Assembly: GCA_024278215.1 (NCBI GenBank)
Contig: JAJRTR010000138.1
Location: forward strand, 67,747 to 126,741
Source of the DNA: a bacterium
GTDB taxonomy: Bacteria; UBP15; UBA6099; JAJRTR01
DNA: 58,995 nucleotides
Direction of reading: 5' to 3'
Below the pieces are notes generated by a model, which saw only the letters and a list, made by a program, of their open reading frames with translations, had not been told where the DNA came from and did not search any database. This document shows positions 10,416-18,669 of the stretch, piece after piece; positions within the stretch are counted from its first letter, which is position 1, and each line of letters starts with the position of its first letter. The position numbers and the translations under genes are program-made.

Positions 10416-10647
10416 ATGCCGAGAACAGCGAGAATAGTAGCAGTGGGATACCCACATCATGTTACACAACGTGGAAATAACCGTCAGGATATATTTTTAG
10501 CAGATGAAGACAGAAGCAGATACCTTAGGCAGGCCGCTGGGTAGCGACAACTTCATAAGTAAACTCGAAACGAGGATTGGGCGAAGACTTCGTCCCTTGC
10601 CAGTCGGCAGGCCCAAAAAGGAGCATAAACAGGTGACTGTCCCATAA
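10416..10647 (+). pseudogene. Internally deleted REP-associated tyrosine transposase (RAYT, Y1_Tnp)
   Basis: MPRTARIVAVGYPHHVTQRGNNRQDIFLADEDRSRYL joined out of frame to GRPLGSDNFISKLETRIGRRLRPLPVGRPKK; HUH core missing. Confidence 0.88.
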
Positions 10648-10754
10648 GCATTAACTTAAGCGCGAAATGGGGTATTATGGCGAACTATAGCGCACATTCT
10701 TTGCGCATTATCGCATAAGAATGCGACAAAAACCCCGTTAAGTTAACGCCTATG
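10643..10754 (+). mobile_element. 112-bp IS4/IS231-like MITE (family C), copy 1
   Basis: TIRs CATAAGCATTAACTTAA / TTAAGTTAACGCCTATG; perfect 11-bp TSD GGTGACTGTCC. Confidence 0.9.
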
Positions 10755-10875
10755 GGTGACTGTCCCTAGTATTTAATCCGCCCATTTTTAGGGGGGAAGT
10801 TCAGCTTAAGGGCCTAATTAAGTTTTCAAGGTGCAGCTTCACCTGGCCAAAGTGTTGCGCAGAAAGAAGTTTACA

Positions 10876-11424
10876 CTATCTTAAAAGGCGGGGGTTTGTG
10901 GTTAGAATCTCAATGCCACAATTTTGAAAATCGCCATCGTTAGTCATTAATTTCAAGCTTTTCTGTTTGCAAATATCAATAAGAATAGCATCGTTAAAAT
11001 CCACTTTTCCTGATGAAAAATCAGTTAATATCTGATTTAGACCCAGTTCGTTAGCTGGGACTGAGTGAACTTTGCAAAAGCTAACAATTTTTATTGCAAA
11101 GGTTTTAGCAGAAGCTGCGACTTTCAGAAAATCCTGCGAATTTCTGAAATCCTTAAATTCATGATGGTTTGATTTATAATTACCATCCCACTCAATTCTC
11201 ATATATCGATTTAGGTACTCACTTAGTACCATTGGATCGAGAATCGGTTGAGCATCTGTTGAAATAAGATTAGAAAAAGCTTTCGAGTATTGATCGGCAA
11301 ATCGGTGGCGCGGTTTTACTGGTGCAGGAAATAGATAAAGCCAAATGTTGGTATCAACAAGGATTTGCTCTCCCTTGCTGAAAGAATAGGAAGAAAGGTC
11401 ATAAGCTTTATTCATCATCATCAT
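10876..11424 (-). CDS. PIN-domain nuclease
   Basis: ILVDTNIWLY, VLSEY, DFNDA, TNDGDF acidic active-site pattern; start overlaps upstream stop (could be any of four tandem ATGs). Confidence 0.88.
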   Translation of the reverse strand: MMMMNKAYDLSSYSFSKGEQILVDTNIWLYLFPAPVKPRHRFADQYSKAFSNLISTDAQPILDPMVLSEYLNRYMRIEWDGNYKSNHHEFKDFRNSQDFLKVAASAKTFAIKIVSFCKVHSVPANELGLNQILTDFSSGKVDFNDAILIDICKQKSLKLMTNDGDFQNCGIEILTTNPRLLR

Positions 11425-11767
11425 CCTCCTCCTTCAGCCAGGCATCATCATAAGATTCTTTATTGGAATAATACTTTTTAGCATTGTCGACAACTCGCTT
11501 CAAAAGCTCCATATCATCCGGTGAAAGACCTTCAACCTTTAAGTGAGTACGTATAGCTTCTTCGCTAAGAGATTCGTAGAGTTGGCCAATTGCCACATTA
11601 AGAAAAAGAGAAATCAACATGGTTGCATTTTCAAACGAAATTGTGATTTTCCTTCCAGATAAAATTAATTGTTTTGTTTTTTCAAAGACTTTCTGTCCAT
11701 CCTCAGCAGATATGCACAAAGGAGTCCCTATTAAATCCGTCACTTTTATTGTTATTCTTTCATTCAT
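11408..11767 (-). CDS. STAS-like domain protein (DUF4325-type)
   Basis: ISAEDGQKVF...ITISFENATMLISLFLNVAIGQL pattern; acidic tail; AGGAG RBS. Confidence 0.82.
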   Translation of the reverse strand: MNERITIKVTDLIGTPLCISAEDGQKVFEKTKQLILSGRKITISFENATMLISLFLNVAIGQLYESLSEEAIRTHLKVEGLSPDDMELLKRVVDNAKKYYSNKESYDDAWLKEEDDDDE

Positions 11768-11782
11768 TGGTTTCTCCTAATA

Positions 11783-12652
11783 TTAAAATATATCGTTATG
11801 ATCTATTTCTGAACTTAAACGATAACTGCTTGTATCTTCTGTATTAATTTCAATATTGACGCATGTCCCCGGAAAATCATTATCCATTTTTTGGTATAAC
11901 TCATTACTGGCAGTAAACTCGTAATACCCAAACCGTGAAATAATCTGAAGTTTTCCTCTATTTAATTTGATAAAATCTTTAAGTAATTTCAGTCCAAGTC
12001 CTCCCGGCAGATTTCCTGTCTTTGTGGTATGTCCTTCCATCACAGCCCATTTTAGAGCATTTACGGAATTAATCTTTCTTCCTGTAAAGTTCCTGACATT
12101 TTCTCTTATGCCAATACCTGCATCAGAGATAGTAAAATCAAGTCGATGTTTTGTAGGATAAAACTGACCACAGACAAATATACCTGATTTTGATTTTGAA
12201 TGAAACGTCGCATTAATAAAAATTTCTAAAAGGCTTTGCCTGAAACGCTTAGTAAGTACATCAGACATGCGAGGAATTCCCTTCCCCTTCATATAATAAT
12301 CAAGATACTCGGAAAACTGTTCATCCGCATTCAATTTGAAAATCTTAAAAGGCAAGGTTGTCTGATTCGTATCAGGGATTGCATTATCACCGAAGAGTGT
12401 AAGGAAACGATTTCTTTTTAAAATTTCCCTAATTTTGCGTGGAGTATTTAATAAATTGACATCATTTAATTCATTTCGGAGCCGTGCAATGACAGAATAG
12501 AGTGGAGCTGCCATATTGGCTTCAAAAAAAGAGCAATCAGAAAAATCCAAATCAACAGAATCAAAAAGCAGATATTTTGTGTTTCTGAAAACTTCAGCAA
12601 TACTATTAAATCCTGACATATCGCTTCGTATTGTACCCATATTTAGTTTCAT
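11783..12652 (-). CDS. HATPase_c (histidine-kinase/anti-sigma-like ATPase) with N-terminal STAS-like segment
   Basis: N-box EIFINATFHS, G1 DAGIGI, G2 GGLGL, FPGT; N-terminal VDLDFSDCSFF. Confidence 0.85.
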   Translation of the reverse strand: MKLNMGTIRSDMSGFNSIAEVFRNTKYLLFDSVDLDFSDCSFFEANMAAPLYSVIARLRNELNDVNLLNTPRKIREILKRNRFLTLFGDNAIPDTNQTTLPFKIFKLNADEQFSEYLDYYMKGKGIPRMSDVLTKRFRQSLLEIFINATFHSKSKSGIFVCGQFYPTKHRLDFTISDAGIGIRENVRNFTGRKINSVNALKWAVMEGHTTKTGNLPGGLGLKLLKDFIKLNRGKLQIISRFGYYEFTASNELYQKMDNDFPGTCVNIEINTEDTSSYRLSSEIDHNDIF

Positions 12653-12659
12653 ATTTAGA

Positions 12660-12804
12660 CTACTTCCCGCGTCTCGTTACCGGTCGGTCGTACCACATGA
12701 GGAACTTGTGGGCTTCATAAAGGACCTTGTTCGGAATCTTTGCGGGCCACAGCTATGATCGTTCCGTAGTCTCGCTCCTGCCAGGTCTTCTTGAACCCGG
12801 CGCG
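12660..12804 (-). pseudogene. Frameshifted C-terminal remnant resembling a DNA methyltransferase
   Basis: Manual translation RAGFKKTWQERDYGTIIAVARK / KIPNKVLYEAHKFLMWYDRPVTRRGK*; resemblance to defence-island methylase C-termini is from memory, not searched. Confidence 0.55.
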
Positions 12805-12809
12805 ACCGG

Positions 12810-13186
12810 CTTTACAGGATTCATTTCAATGTATCTTGTTGCGCATAGGAGATGTGCCCAGTCCATTATATACGACGTAAAACGCCCCTGCCAGAAGTGT
12901 CCCCTCCAATTCTCACGGAAATTCATATACTGCTAATATCCACGATCTGTTTCCCCTATTGCCTGTCGCAGTCCATCCTCTGCCTGAGGCACAGCTACCA
13001 GATGCACATGGTTTGGCATAGATAATATGGCCAGATATCTACATCGTATTTATCACACCAATAAGTCATCAGTTCCAGATTGTGTTGTCGGCCTTAATTT
13101 CCGAAGAATGTGCTCATCCTGCGACTTACACGCTGCGTTACATGATGCGTATATTTCGGCGCAACTGCTCTCGCTAATCTTAGCAT
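12810..13186 (-). pseudogene. Decayed RAYT (Y1_Tnp HUH transposase), 3' truncated
   Basis: MLRLARAVAPKYTHHVTQR...MPNHVHLVAVP...WRGHFWQGRF...RYIEMNPVK with two in-frame stops and one frameshift. Confidence 0.88.
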
Positions 13187-13220
13187 CCTTTGATTATATC
13201 ATAACTTATCTATTTTATCC

Positions 13221-13367
13221 GAGCCAATTGAAAAATTCAGTTTTACTGTGTCCGGCTGCAATCGTTCCGAGCTGCGTTATTGGCTCAAAATCATCCTCAA
13301 CGTACGATTCAAGTACATCTGCGGGGATTTCGAGTCTCTGTCTTACTCGAGCGCGATTTAGTTCGGA
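13221..13367 (-). mobile_element. Family A MITE, degenerate and truncated
   Basis: GAGCCAATTGAAAAATTC end plus diverged core AAAATCATCCTCAACGTAC...GTAC...GCGGGGATTT. Confidence 0.75.
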
Positions 13368-13369
13368 CG

Positions 13370-13544
13370 ATAATTAGAATAATTAGGGACAGGCACCTAT
13401 AAGCGTTAACTTAAGCGCGAAATGGGGTATTATGGCGAACTATAGCGCACATTTTTTGCACAGTATCGCATAAGAATGCGACAAAATCCCCGTTAAGTTA
13501 ACGCCTATGGGACAGGCACCTATTTAACTAATGGCAGGGGTAAG
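13370..13544 (+). repeat. Third mini-RAYT left end (REP plus upstream region) interrupted by MITE
   Basis: TAATTAGAATAATTAGGGACAGGCACC...TATTTAACTAATGGCAGGGGTAAGG matches 10345-10403. Confidence 0.8.
13398..13509 (+). mobile_element. 112-bp IS4/IS231-like MITE (family C), copy 2
   Basis: Near-identical to 10643-10754; perfect 11-bp TSD GGACAGGCACC. Confidence 0.9.
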
Positions 13545-13547
13545 GTA

Positions 13548-14246
13548 TTATCGGAACTTCTTGCCCATCACTATATTGCGCACATTATCCCGACACCACT
13601 TTTCGTAGAATCTTGTTCTGCGGGAATACAATTGGCGATAACCGCGAGCGTGATAAAACCGCAAAGCTTTCTTGTTGAGGCTGGTGGTCTGAAAGTGTAC
13701 TCCGGCTGAGCCGTACGAGCGGAGATGCTTTTCCGCGGCTTGCATCAGCAGGGTGCCGGTTCCGCGGGACTGGAATTCCGGCGCGACGTTTATGTGCAGG
13801 GTTGACGGGAATTCGCGGTAGAAGGTTGGAAAAGAGAATTCACCGCGCAGGGCGGATGCGATGTATCTGTAGTAAAAGACGGCGTCGCGTTTTGTGAACT
13901 TCGCGAGCGCGGGTATTTCCCTGAGGGTCCGACTGAAAAAGTATTTTATCCTCGGCATCCGCAGTCGCTCGGACTGCGGGGCGATGAATATGTATCCCAT
14001 CGTTTGTCCGCAGGATTCCGCCACCATGAGATTCGCGAGTTCTTTGTTGAAAAAACAGCAAGTGTCCAGGTCGACGAAAAGCCGTCTGTTGTCGACGATC
14101 CCTTCGAGTGTTTTTCCGGCGAACCCTGTGCGGAAGCAGATGTCTCTCACTGCGGCTGTGTGTCGTTGGGAACAGGGAACAATCGCCGCCGTGCCGCCTG
14201 TTGTTCCGGCGCATCCCGCTCCATTGTTTTTCTTTGTTTCGCTCAC
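13548..14246 (-). CDS. GNAT family N-acetyltransferase
   Basis: LHINVAPEFQSRGTG acetyl-CoA motif, NxKALRFYxxxGY. Confidence 0.88.
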   Translation of the reverse strand: MSETKKNNGAGCAGTTGGTAAIVPCSQRHTAAVRDICFRTGFAGKTLEGIVDNRRLFVDLDTCCFFNKELANLMVAESCGQTMGYIFIAPQSERLRMPRIKYFFSRTLREIPALAKFTKRDAVFYYRYIASALRGEFSFPTFYREFPSTLHINVAPEFQSRGTGTLLMQAAEKHLRSYGSAGVHFQTTSLNKKALRFYHARGYRQLYSRRTRFYEKWCRDNVRNIVMGKKFR

Positions 14247-14293
14247 TTGTTCCTTGCCGCGCTTTCAAGTTGTAAACGGTGCCGTTCCTGTCC

Positions 14294-15247
14294 TCACTCG
14301 ATAGGCAGCCGTTCGAAAAGCTCGTTTTTGCGCACGAAGCCGCGCATGAGCCGGCCAAGTTCAGGCGTTACTATCTGGGAGCGGTAGAGTCGTATCGCGT
14401 CGTATTTTTTATCCCTCACATCATCTTCCATCGGAAACTGAAGCCAGCCGAAAATGAAGGTATGTGAAAACGGTGGGAGAAGGTATTCCTCCGGTTTCAA
14501 GCCGCTGGGCCTGGGGTAGAAACGATGGTGTGTGAGATAGGCGAGCAGCTCGGGTTTCGGGACCGCGCCGTTGCCGGTATAAAGCTCCTTCGCAGCCTGG
14601 TTTATAAACTCGAAAGTATATTTGTGATCCGGGTGTCTGTCTTCAGGATGAGGAGAAACGATAATGGTCGGTTTAAAGCTTTGTAAAATATGCTTTATAT
14701 CCCGCAGAACATTTTCTCCCGCGTATATTGTCCCCGGCTCATAGCACATTTTATAGGGAGAACTCGAGTCTTTCGTCGCATGAGAACGGAAAGGGTTATG
14801 GACCGGCCAGTTTGTTGTGTAAAGCGCTTTAATCCCTCTGTCAGGGTAGCAAAGGAATAGCACGTCATCGCGCGAAACACCTATGAAATCCATAGCTTTC
14901 AGGGATTCCTGCTGCCGGTTTTCGCCGGCTTTTATGTAATCTTTTGCCGACGGGTGAATTGCTTTAAATTCCATCTCGGTCGAAAGAAGGTTGTTGTCGC
15001 CGTTTGTCACAATGACAACTTTTACAGCTACGCCCAGTTCGACGGCCTTCATCAGCAAGCCGCCGGCGCCCAGGGTTTCGTCGTCGCAATGAGGAGCGAA
15101 CACAATTATACGGTCGTTTCCGGTAAGGGGTTTCATCTCGTCGATGACATTGATATTCAGACTGGGTGTGCGGATGTATATAATCAGGGACGACACCGCG
15201 AGGACCACAGTCAGGACTTCTACAAAATACAGCAGTTTGCGTTTCAT
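14294..15247 (-). CDS. PIG-L family deacetylase, membrane-anchored
   Basis: N-terminal TM; APHCDDE, TNGD, RQQE, HPDH, YRSQ. Confidence 0.9.
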   Translation of the reverse strand: MKRKLLYFVEVLTVVLAVSSLIIYIRTPSLNINVIDEMKPLTGNDRIIVFAPHCDDETLGAGGLLMKAVELGVAVKVVIVTNGDNNLLSTEMEFKAIHPSAKDYIKAGENRQQESLKAMDFIGVSRDDVLFLCYPDRGIKALYTTNWPVHNPFRSHATKDSSSPYKMCYEPGTIYAGENVLRDIKHILQSFKPTIIVSPHPEDRHPDHKYTFEFINQAAKELYTGNGAVPKPELLAYLTHHRFYPRPSGLKPEEYLLPPFSHTFIFGWLQFPMEDDVRDKKYDAIRLYRSQIVTPELGRLMRGFVRKNELFERLPIE

Positions 15248-15393
15248 GTGATGAATTGCCTCCGTGACTGTTCATCGTAGTTTGCAACTTCCTCATGACG
15301 ACGAATGGAATTCCCCGGTGCCACGATCAGGAATCGAAGCGGCAGCATCAACCGGAGTTTCCGCGTTTTCGTGTAGCTGCTGATATGAGAATG

Positions 15394-16041
15394 TCAGGCG
15401 TTTTTCAACTGAGAAATATTTTTTGGAGTCCCTGAAACAAGGAATGTGTCTCCACGCTCGAAGACATCGTCAGGACCCGGAGTGCCGTTTGTTTGCGCCC
15501 CTCTCTTTATCGCTATTACATTGACATTGAATTTGTTGCGAAGCTGGAGTTCGGAAAGAGATTTTCCAGCCATATTATCGGACACCTGCATTTCGGCGAT
15601 GCTCAGTCTGTCGCCGAATTCTATGAAATCGATCAGGTCGGGATTGGCTATTGCCCTGGCGACTTTGATACCGATCTCGTTTTCGGGGTAAACGATTTTG
15701 TCGGCGCCTATTTTGTCGAGTATTATGCCGTGATAGTTGGTAATCGCGCGGGAAATAACTTTTTCGACACCGATCTCTTTCAGCATGAGTGTTGTGAGAA
15801 TCGACGCTTCCACGTTCTCGCCTATTCCCACAACAGCGGTTTGAAAAGTTTTCAGGCCGGCTTGAATCAGCGCGTCTTTGTTTGTCGAATCGAGGATAAG
15901 TGCGTGGGTTACGGAATCTACCACTTCGTTTACCATCAGCTCTTTCTTGTCGATCGCGAGCACATCGTATCCAATTTGCATTAGTTCCTGGACCACACCT
16001 ATTCCAAACCTTCCGAGACCGATTACAGCGACTTTCTCCAT
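15394..16041 (-). CDS. ktrA: Ktr/Trk potassium uptake RCK subunit
   Basis: VIGLGRFG Rossmann motif, TrkA-N plus TrkA-C domains; adjacent to ktrB. Confidence 0.92.
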   Translation of the reverse strand: MEKVAVIGLGRFGIGVVQELMQIGYDVLAIDKKELMVNEVVDSVTHALILDSTNKDALIQAGLKTFQTAVVGIGENVEASILTTLMLKEIGVEKVISRAITNYHGIILDKIGADKIVYPENEIGIKVARAIANPDLIDFIEFGDRLSIAEMQVSDNMAGKSLSELQLRNKFNVNVIAIKRGAQTNGTPGPDDVFERGDTFLVSGTPKNISQLKNA

Positions 16042-16050
16042 GGCGTTTAC

Positions 16051-17400
16051 CTACCCGATCATTATTTTACCTTCAGGGAATCGTATTAAATTCTTGTTTT
16101 CGCCGACCATCAGCGCCATTGCAACGGTGAGTGGACCGAGCCTTCCGCAAAACATCGTGATAATCACGAAGAGTTTTTCCATTGTCGACAGAGATTGCGT
16201 AATCCCTGTGGAAAGCCCAACCGTGCCTGCTGCGGATATGACTTCAAAGAGTGTAGACGAAAGCCCGAAACCTTTTATACTCAGCATGAGCAAAGTCATA
16301 AAAGCGATAAGCGTCAGATAGAGCAACATTATTGTCGAGGAACGGTGCAGATCGTGTTCTACGATGCGTCTCCCGAATATATTTACTTCCCTTTTCCCTC
16401 TTATTATCGCCCAGGCGGTTGCCGCCATAAGCCCGAATGTGCTTGTTTTTATTCCGCCGCCGGTGCCCCCGGGAGATGCTCCGATAAACATCAGAATCAT
16501 AATGAGAAATAAAGAGGCGGTGGATAAGCCGCCAATATCCACTGTGGCAAAACCTGCCGTTCTTGCGCTTACCGACTGGAAGAATGCCGTCAGTAATATC
16601 CCTCCCATATTCCGGCTTTCGTGGAATTCTATATTGTGCATGTATTCGAAAATGAATATCCCCACGGTTCCCAGCAGGATAAGAGTGGCAGTGATCGACA
16701 GAACCAGTTTAGTGTGCAGGCTTATTCTTTTTGCTTTGCGCCAGTCAAGAATCTCTATAATGACAGGGAAGCCGATCCCGCCGAGAACGATCAGAATACT
16801 GACGATACTTAATACTAAAAAGTTGCTGTGATATCGCACGAGACTGTCGGAGAACACAGAAAATCCTGCATTGCAGAAAGCCGATATCGAGTGGAATATC
16901 GCGTAGTAGATCGCAGTGGGAAGTGGATAATCCCTCGTGAACGCCGGGAGCAACAAAAAAGCGCCGGCCAGTTCGATTGTGAATGTTACGGCCAGGATTA
17001 TTTTCACAATCTGTGCAAGGTCTACATAACTCAAACGGTTGAGCGATTCCTTCAGGATCAACTGGAACCGCAGGGACATCGCGCCACCCATATATAGCAC
17101 CAGCAGAGTAGAGAATGTCATGATTCCCAGCCCGCCCACCTGTATAAGCGCGAGAATCACGATCTGGCCGAACAATGAGAAATCACCGCCGGTATCCACC
17201 ACTGTAAGCCCGGTAACGCAAACAGCGGATGTCGATGTGAAAAGGGCATCTATGAAGCTGAGTCCGCCGGACTGCCTGCTGAACGGGAGCAAAAGAACCA
17301 GCGCACCGATGACTATTGCCGCCAGAAAACCGAGCACCAGGGTTTTCGGCACGTTCAGCGCCGGTTTATTTTTGCTCCCGGAAGTTTCGTTCGCGTTCAT
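16051..17400 (-). CDS. ktrB: Ktr/Trk potassium uptake membrane subunit
   Basis: SAVCVTGL, SAFCNAGF, RTAGF, GGTGGGIK, GTVGLS pore motifs. Confidence 0.93.
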   Translation of the reverse strand: MNANETSGSKNKPALNVPKTLVLGFLAAIVIGALVLLLPFSRQSGGLSFIDALFTSTSAVCVTGLTVVDTGGDFSLFGQIVILALIQVGGLGIMTFSTLLVLYMGGAMSLRFQLILKESLNRLSYVDLAQIVKIILAVTFTIELAGAFLLLPAFTRDYPLPTAIYYAIFHSISAFCNAGFSVFSDSLVRYHSNFLVLSIVSILIVLGGIGFPVIIEILDWRKAKRISLHTKLVLSITATLILLGTVGIFIFEYMHNIEFHESRNMGGILLTAFFQSVSARTAGFATVDIGGLSTASLFLIMILMFIGASPGGTGGGIKTSTFGLMAATAWAIIRGKREVNIFGRRIVEHDLHRSSTIMLLYLTLIAFMTLLMLSIKGFGLSSTLFEVISAAGTVGLSTGITQSLSTMEKLFVIITMFCGRLGPLTVAMALMVGENKNLIRFPEGKIMIG

Positions 17401-17457
17401 TATAGTTTTCTTCTTCGCCGTCTCTCCGACATAACGCTTTCAGCGATATCCAGTATA

Positions 17458-17635
17458 GAGCCAATTGCAAAATTCTGATTCTGCTGCGGTCGGCTGCTAT
17501 TGTCCATAGCTGCGTGGTCGGCACAAAATCGTCCTCGACGTACTCTACAAGTACGCCTGCGAGGATTTTACACCTCCGCCTTGCTCCGAACAATTTTGCT
17601 CGACCTCGCTACGCACATAATTTTGCAATTGGCTC
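17458..17635 (-). mobile_element. ~178-bp MITE (family A), full copy
   Basis: Perfect 17-bp TIR; flanks TATA/TATT. Confidence 0.9.
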
Positions 17636-17783
17636 TATTGTATATTCTTCCTGCGATTATGTCGATTATGCTGTAACCGGTCAGGAAAGGCTCAAGCATC
17701 CGAAGTGTCGTGTCAAGCATTCAAGGAAACGAAAGTGCGGCGTGCAACTGGCTCAATATTTTCTCGTGAGCGTTCGCAACATG

Positions 17784-18521
17784 CTATTGGGGAAGTTGAG
17801 AGATTTTGCCCGATCCGGAGACTGTCCGAGTGATTTCCGGCGAACCGGAATAAGAGACATTGCCGCTGCCCGTAATTGAAACATCAAGACTGTCCGCCGC
17901 GTAAAGAACCGCATCGCCGCTGCCTGTTATCGAGACTTTCGCCGAACTGCCCGAAAGTTCCTCCGCGCGATAGTTGCCTGAACCGTTGATCGACACGTCC
18001 TGTGTTTCAGCCGCGCCGCTCAAATAAAGATCGCCCGAGCCTCCCGCCCGGACTATCAGTTTCTTAACATCGACGCCCAGGTTCAAGTCGCCCGAACCAT
18101 TGCTTACGACATCGAGAGTATACGCCGCAAGCGCATCGCAGCGCACATCCGCGGAACCGTTTGTTTCTATCTTATCGAGCGCCGCGAAAGAAAGCGTATA
18201 CCGTACATCTATGGTCGGATCGAGTTTCTTCTTCGTTTCGATCACGAGCGTGTCGCCGCGCACTTCGGTCGTTATGTATTCCAGCAGATTATCGTCTGTG
18301 TTGATCGTGAGAGATTCCGTGGCGCCCTGTTCGAGCAGCAGCAGGCCCTGTCCATTCAATTCTATCTCCGAAAATGATTGTATATTTCTTGTTTCGGTAA
18401 CGATCTTTCCCGACCCGTCAATCCCGTTGAACACTCTCCCCCTTTTGGACACTTCGGCGCAACCTGTTGCAAGGGACAACACGGCTACAAACAGTATGGC
18501 TTTAACTATGGTTGTCTTCAT
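17784..18521 (-). CDS. DUF2807/GIN-domain beta-helix lipoprotein
   Basis: Lipobox-like LATGC; GSGKIVTETR, DDNLL, repeated xGSG units; start moved to ATG 18521 after GAGGAG. Confidence 0.85.
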   Translation of the reverse strand: MKTTIVKAILFVAVLSLATGCAEVSKRGRVFNGIDGSGKIVTETRNIQSFSEIELNGQGLLLLEQGATESLTINTDDNLLEYITTEVRGDTLVIETKKKLDPTIDVRYTLSFAALDKIETNGSADVRCDALAAYTLDVVSNGSGDLNLGVDVKKLIVRAGGSGDLYLSGAAETQDVSINGSGNYRAEELSGSSAKVSITGSGDAVLYAADSLDVSITGSGNVSYSGSPEITRTVSGSGKISQLPQ

Positions 18522-18669
18522 TACATCTCCTCTGAACAATATAATTGTATGTATCCGTTCACAGGAAACTGTTCGCAATGGAACATCTGAAATTCTGGAA
18601 TGCAACGACTGCGTCGTTGCAACTGTGAAGAAGTCGCATTTCGCAAAAACTGATGTTTTTGCAATCGGC

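Larger units (their letters stand above)
10345..10775 (+). mobile_element. Mini-RAYT element copy 2 (contains IS231-like MITE insertion)
   Basis: TAATTAG tandem units, GGGACAGGCACC left REP, RAYT N- and C-terminal remnants, GGTGACTGTCCC right REP. Confidence 0.85.

Noticed and set aside
10643-13509. Composite transposon formed by the two 112-bp MITEs carrying the trio
   Set aside because: Each MITE has its own distinct 11-bp TSD, indicating independent insertions.
17401-17783. c-di-AMP (ydaO) riboswitch upstream of ktrB/ktrA
   Set aside because: No recognisable consensus; the region is occupied by a family A MITE.
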